A DNA stretch of 64,000 bases from Schmidtea polychroa (Eukaryota): contig CM097886.1 of assembly GCA_044892525.1 (NCBI GenBank), forward strand, positions 17,608,001-17,672,000, in the 5' to 3' direction. Below the pieces are notes generated by a model that did not search any database, was not told the DNA's origin, and saw only the letters and a program-made list of their open reading frames with translations. The first letter of the stretch is position 1; each line of letters begins with the position of its first letter. Shown here piece by piece: positions 20,801 to 28,046 of the stretch. A program made the position numbers and the translations under genes.

Positions 20801-22929
20801 GCAAAGCCAAAGAGGTGTTCTTTGAAGAAATGCGAGATTTATCTGACGAAGCAATACTATCAAAAATAACAAAAACAGTACACACCTACGCAAGAGACCA
20901 GACCACAAATCTAGACATAGAAAAAATAAAAACATTTATACCACTAGCATTCACCTTACCAACAAAAGACTCAAGAACACCATTACAACAAGCCATTTTA
21001 GCAGCAAAAGAAAACAGAGCAATAACCATCATAAGAATCCTTAGAGACTTCGGAGAAGAATCTAATGCAAAAAATGAACAAGGAGAAACAGCAATGATGT
21101 ATGCAGCCATAACAAATATACACCCGAAAACATTACATATACTACATCGATCGGGATCAAGACTGGACGAAATATCAAACGAAGGAAATTCTACCATGGA
21201 TTGGGCAACAATACAACCAAACTTGGAAATGATTAGATTCATTTGTAAAAATGCTACAAGAACTGAGGTAGAAAATATCTGTAAAAACACGTCACAGTTC
21301 CAATGGAACACGATACGGATGAACTTAGAAGCCATGAAGTTATTGCTAACATGGAAAATACCGCAAAGCAATAAATATGCAATAAATATAAATGAGTTCT
21401 ACGAAAACGGAGAAAATGCTATGGTTAAAAATACACTAACAAAAGGAGGAACTCCGAAAATCATAATGATCGTATTGAACAGAGAAGACCTCAAATTCAC
21501 GCAAAATCTAAACGAACAAAAGCGAATCGGAAAACATCGCCGTATACAATTGAGAGAACTGGTAAAAGAATGGAATAGAAAGAGACATGTAGCAACAGGC
21601 AGAAAAGAGTTTGAATTCGAAGCAAAATTAGCAAGAAATAGAGTGCTAACGGCATACCGCAGATTGTTGAATGATATAAATGTCGAGGACGACATTTTAA
21701 ACGATAGCGGGGGAGATAAAGACGATAAAGACGACGATAATAATGAAAAAGGTCGAAACGGGAATAAAGAGAAAGAGAAATCAGAGGAGAATAATCAAGA
21801 AAATAACGACGCGAGTAGGAAAAAAGAGGAAAATAACCCGGGAAACCGAATGAAGCAAGAAGAAAAGACGAATAGTGGAAAACAGAGGGTATGTCTACTT
21901 TTTACCAACAAAGAAATGGAGACAAATATGATGATAATGATACTCGTATTAACAATGGTGGAAATGATAACAGCCCAGGGAGGAATGAGAACGATAAAAG
22001 AAGCCAAAGAAACGGAAAATAAGGATAACAAAGAGGAAGAACTAAAACAAGAAAAGAAAAAACAAGTACAAGAGCAGCAATGGGATCTAAAAGAAGAATG
22101 GGATTTAAAAGAAAGGTGTATATTAGGAAGATGTATGTCTAGAGCTTATCAGAGACTAGTGTTAAAAAATGAAGATGCAGAACCAATAACGGAAGTGGGA
22201 ATACAAGAAGCGTACCAACATCGAAACGGGAAGAAGATAACAAAAGTCAAATGGAAAGAGGTACACCTGAGTAAAGGAGGGGAAATAGTGATAACACAGC
22301 TTCAACCAAGAAAAGAGCACAAAGTGTGTATTTCAAGGCTAGGCCCAGGAGAAAATTGCCTACAATATGTAACGCAACAACAACCACCAAAGGAATATAC
22401 GGTATGTATCCTGAGAAACGGTCCAGAAAGAGAATGTCGACGATACCCTGGGAAAAGAGGGAGGAAAAGAAAAATCAATGATGAAAAAGATGAGCAAGGA
22501 AAACGCAAGAAAAACAGTGAGAAACATCAAGACAATTATGTATCCGAGGAGGAGATGGAGAAAATACAAAAAATGGCAAAGGAAGGTATGAACGAGGAAA
22601 TAGCAAGAATACGAGGAATGATGAAAGGAAATGGCAAAGACGGTAATCTAAAAAGCACAGAAGCAATATCAACAATAACGAACAAGGAGAAAGCGGAAAT
22701 TATCAGCGTAAAACAGATGATGTGGATCAGCGGCATAATAATAACAGGGGCCTTTTTAATCATAACGGGGGGGACAATAAAAATAATCAAAGATAGACGG
22801 CATCGCGGAGAACTAGAAATGGCCAGAATAAGAAATTTTCAACATCGTGTAAAACGACCAAGTAATATCAAGCAGGAACAGTGGGTGGAGGCCTGGAATG
22901 CTCAGCGCCCTCCAAGCTCACGTATATAG
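14887..22929 (+). CDS. pol: E1 polyprotein, C-terminal part (same frame after the TGA; ORF-track ATG 14899): glycoprotein C-half and TM, PR, RT, RNase H, IN, ankyrin repeats, membrane tail
   Basis: IDTGA (16288), YIDD (17509-17520), LATDAS/TEREAL/TDHQPL, HHCC zinc finger and D-D-E integrase (SMDVVG, LTDQG, TERFN), GPY, and TPLH/TPLM ankyrin repeats. Confidence 0.95.
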   Translation, partial: GQTTMQKVYYDLIQNDCSLNKEILKTKLAIAITHPDNTMPSLPLPDGHFGRMVGEVMYTYACTKTFARLPRKPTIPPGKCANELEISYKGRNRFVQPVTRIMNPIGFYPNTFNCSNAYGPLYEKPDGKWIMLPVKTEVQEPKKFGLIELATEQDFKPIDVSKAGMYSPEDLETARLNVLFPARRESILSNMVTITGGTNFQSGPNYELLLSPDHFQQATSNMMKAMWERFLVFGQMMAGILGIILIIQIVRVILTQMLACFDIYKREKKVNWKLIVGFLPFLAKTMVLHGHSKDIHRIKRLIKILTKIKGTDEEVGRRFRKTMYDEATRAQLKKNKPKFLDRFRNRSNSSDSDDDDNGNDKYPYPSRNPNERQIETAPFWEKEKTNTWIANGSYIPPDIVGQQTALTMTQNMYPQLPSQPGMNYMPTRRTKSVDQADDVRTIAVMSSPGGAAVTVMIQINGKETSAMIDTGANVSAIAINQIPSKCWKDIEQTTIHIIACSKETVDVVGRWWTTLRYQDNEIETYLAVIPKLSEPCIIGTDLMPELFKEVVIDLTTMCLKDKMGRICKMNAIIRCPEKIIVPAKSQMICQIKVDAGMEGEVIFEPSKSFEKRRELPLAREIITINEDGEIPINITNFEEEDKIIYENERLGRLTPMIDIELPKITNETTKADELWIIDSTLLTEKEKERLQQLLIEYKDIFAISDLDLGACDVTLHAIPLIDETPIALRPYKLAEKQKEIAETEVQKMLDAQVIEPSCSPWQFPVVMVKKKDGTQRFCIDYRKLNAVTKRDTYPLPDINEMLLMLQGAAYFTSLDLKSGYWQIKVKEEDKEKTAFTLGRDLYQFRKMPFGLTNAPASFQRCMNFVTHGIKQCMVYIDDLLIYSATFEQHLEDIRNVFIRLRQWKLKLKPSKCDWAKEKVTFLGHIVSAKGKEPDPRNIEKIKTCPAPKTVTQVQEFLGLCGYYRKFIKNYAGIAKPIQELVKKDISFIWGAEQQKAFETLRDKLIEAPILVHPDFKKPFLLATDASGYAAGAILGQLDEEGKERVIGYYSRTFKKHEKNYSVTEREALAIIQAIKHFRYLLWGHEICITTDHQPLVWLGQHKEASSRLMRWAMQLQEYSPFIKFKAGRANANADCMSRFIFPDLVDHEMQRICLMVAEDLDFCQLRKDQQEDTELKQIIEYVKTGKAEVYEKDQKLKEHMDKHRHRYIIEKDWLLIMDGEKRLMCIPENRRKELLTQYHDGRLGVHMSSKKTLARMKQKYFWPTLTEDVTEWVKNCITCATRKNTGTKWKAPLKPMPVPAEPMTMLSMDVVGPLPESDRGNIYILVITDYLTKFPEAFAMADQKARTIAKILVEEICCRYGTPKQILTDQGTNFMSEIMSEVTNYFKIAKLRTSPYHPQTNGMTERFNGTLIQMLSNYVDRHQRDWDEYIKLCLMAYRMSIHASTKMSPFKLMYGRECNMPMDLEYQPPISQYMEIDDYVTKFKERMQEIWETAGLNIKFYQESYKDLHDRKKNVKQHTFQTGDWVMIETPELIPGTTKKLQRNGKGPYEILFIGETNVRVRLVNNPFTRPIYVNVARCKPIPKTATSQPEGRTLTTRSQTYRINMLQQINEPTGNRLGLQPSEAEKIIKEVKAKMPGWAEDRLDFEILGGLLTMIENYANRERTHPLLRVVKSQWPILFTITDHYGDTPLHKLLKVGNNEQILETIEAFRDCNISTDQENNQGYTPLMIAANRDKAKDIIIALLETGSKITTQDHNQKNALHHAIEGKSTEAFIILVDLLSYEDHREIGNMYDGLLTAIKEKLITIAGLLIAWRNPIKNDYMVDINETFTKGENTLMREAMRGHHLFEIPNQLLQRGIKFSNHKDEQLIRKRITKFEKAISQFTDKVQVKFWETVSVLYMMETMNNIRENYLSIIQVLTAEERINSSNKKKIKIKKVKTRESEEQVDQIITDIATTSKPKIINSDQEIIIRKAKEVFFEEMRDLSDEAILSKITKTVHTYARDQTTNLDIEKIKTFIPLAFTLPTKDSRTPLQQAILAAKENRAITIIRILRDFGEESNAKNEQGETAMMYAAITNIHPKTLHILHRSGSRLDEISNEGNSTMDWATIQPNLEMIRFICKNATRTEVENICKNTSQFQWNTIRMNLEAMKLLLTWKIPQSNKYAININEFYENGENAMVKNTLTKGGTPKIIMIVLNREDLKFTQNLNEQKRIGKHRRIQLRELVKEWNRKRHVATGRKEFEFEAKLARNRVLTAYRRLLNDINVEDDILNDSGGDKDDKDDDNNEKGRNGNKEKEKSEENNQENNDASRKKEENNPGNRMKQEEKTNSGKQRVCLLFTNKEMETNMMIMILVLTMVEMITAQGGMRTIKEAKETENKDNKEEELKQEKKKQVQEQQWDLKEEWDLKERCILGRCMSRAYQRLVLKNEDAEPITEVGIQEAYQHRNGKKITKVKWKEVHLSKGGEIVITQLQPRKEHKVCISRLGPGENCLQYVTQQQPPKEYTVCILRNGPERECRRYPGKRGRKRKINDEKDEQGKRKKNSEKHQDNYVSEEEMEKIQKMAKEGMNEEIARIRGMMKGNGKDGNLKSTEAISTITNKEKAEIISVKQMMWISGIIITGAFLIITGGTIKIIKDRRHRGELEMARIRNFQHRVKRPSNIKQEQWVEAWNAQRPPSSRI

Positions 22930-23097
22930 AAAGGATTATGACTGTATATAGATTGTAAAAAGTAAGTAGGTAATATTTATTTATATAACAGTACTCGATA
23001 TTTTTATATAAGCGCGGTATCAATAGTATATAATGATGGGGATAATTAATATGAAAATAAAATTAGATAAGGATTGAAAAGTATATATAAATTAAGA

Positions 23098-23457
23098 ATG
23101 GAACGAATAGGCGAGGAAGTAAATCACAGTACGACAACCGAGGAGATGTGGAAACAACAATGTGCAATGTTAACTCAAGTGATTTCGAATTTACAGGAAC
23201 AAGGACTCGCTGTACAAAGAAGCTTAGTCGAAAGTTTAAATAAAGGCTTCAGTTATGTAAGAATAATCGAAGACCAACGAATAAAAATAGAACAAATGCA
23301 GCGAGAGATAGACCGAATATCACGATACAGCCAGGTGCAAGAAGAGGAGTTAATAAGAATCGCGGAAGAGATGGAGCGAGAGGAGATAGAAGACTGGTCA
23401 GAATGGTTAACCAGCAGGGAAGAGGGCGGACAAGAGGCCGACTCTTCCAGCCAATAA
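23098..23457 (+). CDS. Small acidic coiled-coil accessory protein (119 aa from first ATG)
   Basis: Conserved with E2 43856-44215 (WKQQCA.L.Q..SNLQEQGL, EDWSEWL); the ORF track starts at a TTG, first ATG is 23098. Confidence 0.75.
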   Translation: MERIGEEVNHSTTTEEMWKQQCAMLTQVISNLQEQGLAVQRSLVESLNKGFSYVRIIEDQRIKIEQMQREIDRISRYSQVQEEELIRIAEEMEREEIEDWSEWLTSREEGGQEADSSSQ

Positions 23458-23546
23458 ATATAACCTAAAATAGCAATGTAAATAACTGTAAATAAAAATA
23501 CGAAACTGTACCAGTAACGAATATATGTATATATATAATTATAGAA

Positions 23547-24935
23547 ATGGATAAGCGACAACGAGAAGAATTCAAAGAAATTGTTGAACAAGTCAGAAAG
23601 TCCACCACAATTCGAATACACAACCATGTAACGTGTGGAATATGCAAGAGCTTATTAAGAGAACCTCACCAAACCAGATGTGGATGCAGAATGTGCAGAG
23701 AATGTGTAGAGGAGATAATAAAGAAGGGACCACAATGGTGCCCAGTATGCAAAGAAACAATGATAACAAGTCTGGGAGATACAAACGAAGATAAAGCAGC
23801 TGTAAAAGATATGTTGAATGCAAACCTAGGATGTAAAAACACCCCATGTAATTGGCGAGGAGTGATATGGGAAGTGAGGCAACATATGGAGCAATGTGAA
23901 TATAAAATCAGTCAATGCAAACGTTGCCAAGAAGAGATTAAAGTCAATGAAGAAGCAGAACATCAAAGTCGATGCGAAGAAAGACTGGAGAAATGTGAGT
24001 ATTGCGGAGAAACCGACACCTGGAAAAAACTAATCAGTCAACATCACAACATACAAGAGGAGAAAGTGTGCGCAGAATTCAGAGGAGAATGCCCCAACAA
24101 ATGCGATAAACCCGGAGTAATAAAACTCGCTCAACATCTAAAAGAATGTGAAAGAAAAAAGATAACGTGTGTGCTAGGAAAATGGGGATGTCAGAAACAA
24201 TTACACCGAGGGGAATTACCCCAACATCTAGCAGAAAACGTATCAACACACGCGGAAATATGGTCAACGGTATTACAAGAAAACGAAAGGAAAACCGAAG
24301 ACTTAGAAAGAGAAATAGTCTCGCTAAAAGCGTTGGTAAAAGAACTATTGGAAGAAAAGGAAGCATTTGAAGAGGCAAGAACAAGTACAAAGATACAGAC
24401 AGATCTAGTAGAAACTAGCAACATTATGGTGAAAGAACTACATCAAAAAGTAAGCGAATTAAACCTCAACGAATTAATACCCACGGCTCCATACATATGG
24501 AAAATAACGGGAGTAAAAGAGAAGATGCAGAGAGCGAGAAATGGAAAGGATACAACATTACTAAGTCCAGCATTCTACTCATGGAAAAACGGGTATAAAA
24601 TGAAAATGAAAGCATACCCCAATGGGGATGGAAGTGCATACGGAACGCATTTCTCAGTATTCTTCTTGATGTGCAAAGGGCTATACGACGAGTTAATAGA
24701 ATGGCCATTCAAAGCAAAAATAGACCTCGCAATGATGAACTATCAAAGTATACATGAACAGAGTTTCCATACAGCGGGAAACCTCGTATGTTACCAAAGG
24801 CCCTTGGAAGAAGAAGGACCAGCAACTGGAGCACCGAATTTCATCCTACAGCGGAAAGTAGAAGACATGACGAGAAACGACACCATATACATAAAAATAG
24901 TGGTGAGGCGAGACGGGAAGAGTAGGACTGAGTAG
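23547..24935 (+). CDS. TRAF-like protein (RING, TRAF zinc fingers, coiled coil, MATH domain), 462 aa
   Basis: N-terminal RING CGIC...EP.QT.CGC..C..C...CPVC; repeated CxxC..H..C fingers; MATH motifs YIWKITG, SPAFYS..NGYKM, YPNGDG..GTH.S.F, EWPF. Confidence 0.92.
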   Translation: MDKRQREEFKEIVEQVRKSTTIRIHNHVTCGICKSLLREPHQTRCGCRMCRECVEEIIKKGPQWCPVCKETMITSLGDTNEDKAAVKDMLNANLGCKNTPCNWRGVIWEVRQHMEQCEYKISQCKRCQEEIKVNEEAEHQSRCEERLEKCEYCGETDTWKKLISQHHNIQEEKVCAEFRGECPNKCDKPGVIKLAQHLKECERKKITCVLGKWGCQKQLHRGELPQHLAENVSTHAEIWSTVLQENERKTEDLEREIVSLKALVKELLEEKEAFEEARTSTKIQTDLVETSNIMVKELHQKVSELNLNELIPTAPYIWKITGVKEKMQRARNGKDTTLLSPAFYSWKNGYKMKMKAYPNGDGSAYGTHFSVFFLMCKGLYDELIEWPFKAKIDLAMMNYQSIHEQSFHTAGNLVCYQRPLEEEGPATGAPNFILQRKVEDMTRNDTIYIKIVVRRDGKSRTE

Positions 24936-25152
24936 AGAGACGAATAATTTTGTATATACTAATTGTAAATATCGGCATATATACCCCGTAAAATATTATA
25001 TAGTAGTGTAGAAAATTCCCCCGAATCTAATAAAGGTAAACTTAAGCGAAAACTCCTAAACCAACTCCTATAACGAATTGTAAAAATAAATAAAAACTAA
25101 GCCAAATATAAGCGTACAACGTTGAGTTAATGATATCGTTATTTAGACAAAG

Positions 25153-26190
25153 ATGACTCCAGATCAAACGGAAGCCCCAAATAACGAAATAAACATCAGT
25201 AGAATACATAGAGAAAGATGGGCCAAAGTAATGATACAATTATCAAACCAAACACGAAATTACCTCGAAGAAGCGAGAGAATGGGAAAACCACCAATTCC
25301 AGTGGTTAGTACAGAATTTACGGGCGGAGGCCGAGGCCTGCAAAAGAGCCGCCAAATGGTCGGCATTAGAAAATACCAGGCAAGAGGCGCACGGGCACTA
25401 CCTGAAGCAGCTAGTACAGGAGTCAAGAAAAAGACTAACGGATGAGAATAAGAAGCGGGAAATAGAAAAACAAAAGGAGGAAAGAAAAACCCGCCAACTA
25501 TTAACAGAAGCCAGAAAGTGGAAAAAACAACATCGAGAAATCCAAAAAGAGATGAGAGAATTGCCGCGAAGATTGGAACACGAGAGTGATCAAGGGAAAT
25601 GGGAAGAAAACCTGGATCAGAAAGAAGAGCTAAGAAGGCTCCGGAAAGTAGCAGCTAGAAGTCAAACCTGGCAGACCAAGGCCATGGAATTTGAAAGGCA
25701 TCTGGCCATGAAACTGTCCATGAAGGAACAGGAGAATACCGCCATGGAAGAGATGATCCTGCAACAGTCAGGTAGAATCGTCGAACTCGTAAACAAGGTG
25801 GCAGATCTTGAAAGAGACAATAACGGCTATAAGGGGGCACTAGAACAAAGAAATATAGTGCTAGCCGGTAAGAACAAGAAATTGGAAAACGAGAGAAAGA
25901 TGTATGACGAAAATATCAAGAACCTCGAAAAGGAGATCAAAAAATGGGAGAACGGCGAAAAAGCGGAGGAGTTAGAAAAACAGATCGAGGTAAGGGACGA
26001 CGAAACCAGGTATCTAACATACCTGTTGGACGAGGAACTCAACGTGTCAAGAGCACTAAGAGACGAAGTTCAGGAGCTCAGAGCGCAGATTCCCCGGTAC
26101 TACATCCCATTCGATCCCATCGCAATCCAACTACAAACGTCAATAGACAGCGATGAAGGGTATGTAGGCCAGGAAGAAACCTTTGTATAA
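25153..26190 (+). CDS. Long coiled-coil accessory protein (345 aa)
   Basis: Intact and heptad-rich; ortholog at E2 41134-42189 with near-identical C-terminus (DSDEGYVGQEETFV). Confidence 0.8.
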   Translation: MTPDQTEAPNNEINISRIHRERWAKVMIQLSNQTRNYLEEAREWENHQFQWLVQNLRAEAEACKRAAKWSALENTRQEAHGHYLKQLVQESRKRLTDENKKREIEKQKEERKTRQLLTEARKWKKQHREIQKEMRELPRRLEHESDQGKWEENLDQKEELRRLRKVAARSQTWQTKAMEFERHLAMKLSMKEQENTAMEEMILQQSGRIVELVNKVADLERDNNGYKGALEQRNIVLAGKNKKLENERKMYDENIKNLEKEIKKWENGEKAEELEKQIEVRDDETRYLTYLLDEELNVSRALRDEVQELRAQIPRYYIPFDPIAIQLQTSIDSDEGYVGQEETFV

Positions 26191-26362
26191 AGATAAGGAG
26201 AAAAGATAAAAAATATAAAAAGCGGGACCTGTATCCCAACAAAAAAATTATTAGTACGATAAAAATATTTACGGGACTGTAACCCTGATTATATAAAATT
26301 ACCTATAAATGTATAAGTATAAGCCGCACTGTAGCGCACTATTAATTGTAAATATTGTAGAA

Positions 26363-27073
26363 ATGAAAATAGAAGAAATATCCACCATGACCGAGCTAGA
26401 GGAGGGAGAAATCGAAGTTGAGGAAGTGGAGAGGAAGAAAACTATCAAAGAAGAATTACAAGAAGAGAAACAAGAAAACGAAAGATTAGTAGAAAGGTGG
26501 AGAGATAATCGAAAAATGATTAAAGTATTGAAAAGAGAATACACCTTGCTAGAAGAAGTAAAGAAAGAAGTAGAGGAAGAAAATGAATGGCTTCACGAGC
26601 AAAGAAAGCGAGGGAGAAATTGGGAAAAGATCGCGGAAGAATTATGGCAGGAAAGAGCCAGTCTCAAGGCTAATGAAGTGATTGAAGATTACTGGAAAAC
26701 GGAAGCGAGGAAACGACAAGAAACTATCAGGGGTCTAGAAAACCAGCTGGGAGTAAAAGTACAGGAAAGTGCAGAAATGGAGAAATGGATCAATAAATAC
26801 CGAGAAATAGAAATAAAACGGCTGAAACAAAGTCCAAAGACGAACGACCCAGAAGAAAATGATTTCCTACAATTGGAGCTGGAACGGAACTTGGAGGAGA
26901 AAAAGAAGGAGATAAAAACCTTGAAAAGAGAGATAAAACACTTGACGGACAAGGTCCAAGAGAAAGATAGGCAGCTCGAAATGTTGCCGGAACTCCGACA
27001 TAGGGTCATTAAAGCAGAATCTAAATTAATGAGAATCCGAGAAAGAGACCCTAAAAAGAAACGACAAAATTAA
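26363..27073 (+). CDS. Coiled-coil accessory protein (236 aa from MKIEE)
   Basis: Ortholog E2 40266-40964 starts MKIEE, so 26363 is the likely start; shared ENEWLHEQRKRG.NWEKIAEELW. Confidence 0.8.
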   Translation: MKIEEISTMTELEEGEIEVEEVERKKTIKEELQEEKQENERLVERWRDNRKMIKVLKREYTLLEEVKKEVEEENEWLHEQRKRGRNWEKIAEELWQERASLKANEVIEDYWKTEARKRQETIRGLENQLGVKVQESAEMEKWINKYREIEIKRLKQSPKTNDPEENDFLQLELERNLEEKKKEIKTLKREIKHLTDKVQEKDRQLEMLPELRHRVIKAESKLMRIRERDPKKKRQN

Positions 27074-27132
27074 AACCAACAAAAAGCGATGTATATAAAT
27101 ATGTATAAAATAACTAAATGTATATCAGTATC

Positions 27133-27792
27133 ATGAGAAGCCAACCGATCATTGTAACGCTGATGATGATGATAATTCTTGATCTAACACGACGACAGCC
27201 AGTGAAACCCCAAATCGAACGGGTTCGAGACAACAGAAAACCCAATCAGAAAATCGAACCAACAACCCCATCGTGCACCTGCTCAAATGCCATAAGAACC
27301 AATCTTATCAATAACCTTCGAGCAACCCGAAACTACATCAACAACATCAGAATTATGTGTAATCACAACCCTATGTGTAAAATCATCGATAAAAGAATTC
27401 TGGACCAAATTCACCAAGTCGATCAATTAGAACAGCAAGTCCAACACCAAGAAACACAAAACCCACCCGATCAAGTAAAAAGCCCGAATGAAATAAACCA
27501 CACCTATGAACTCCTCTATGTGGTAATCGCCGAGACCACCTTAATCACAATAGTCACCCTGCTAAAAATCTATAACCTCTGCAAAGTTTGGAAGAAAAGT
27601 CACCCCGTATCAGAAAGATCATCTCGAAGGTCCCAAGAAGCTAACATGGCTGAAGTAATCCAAGAAAACCTCCGTCAACGAACCTCCATCGCAGAAACAG
27701 TCAGACCATCCGCAAGTCGCCGAATATACTACAACATCGAACCCCAACAACCAAATCTCCCATCATCAACGGCAACTGAACAACACACATAA
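27133..27792 (+). CDS. Putative type I membrane protein (signal peptide, Cys-containing ectodomain, TM, polar tail)
   Basis: Hydrophobic N-terminus, conserved C...MC..NP.CK.I, and TM LLYVVIAETTLITIVTLLKIY; ortholog E2 39569-40210. An upstream ATG at 27118 is also possible. Confidence 0.75.
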   Translation: MRSQPIIVTLMMMIILDLTRRQPVKPQIERVRDNRKPNQKIEPTTPSCTCSNAIRTNLINNLRATRNYINNIRIMCNHNPMCKIIDKRILDQIHQVDQLEQQVQHQETQNPPDQVKSPNEINHTYELLYVVIAETTLITIVTLLKIYNLCKVWKKSHPVSERSSRRSQEANMAEVIQENLRQRTSIAETVRPSASRRIYYNIEPQQPNLPSSTATEQHT

Positions 27793-28046
27793 CACTTCGA
27801 ACTGTAACTATTGACAAAATTCTTGATGTTTCATTGTTTTATGATAAAACCGGTCACCTTAAGTGACCACTGCTTGCTTATATTTGTCATTTTCTCTGTT
27901 TAATTAAAGTATTTTTTTTGTTGTTAATTTGATTTTAGGTCTGTGTGAATTTTGATGGTGAGATTAGGTGTCATACCGAAAGAAAGTATGATTTGAATGT
28001 ATTATGTGAATTGCGGGGCGCAATTTTAACGGGCCCCGGAGTGATT

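Noticed and set aside
9724-22790. Many short minus-strand ORFs overlapping the polyprotein (and plus-strand ones over E2)
   Set aside because: These are shadow ORFs from the A-rich sense strand, whose complement has few stop codons. The low-complexity F/L/S products are not conserved in start or end.
26140-26170. DSDEGY as a possible beta-TrCP degron
   Set aside because: It does not match the DSGxxS consensus.
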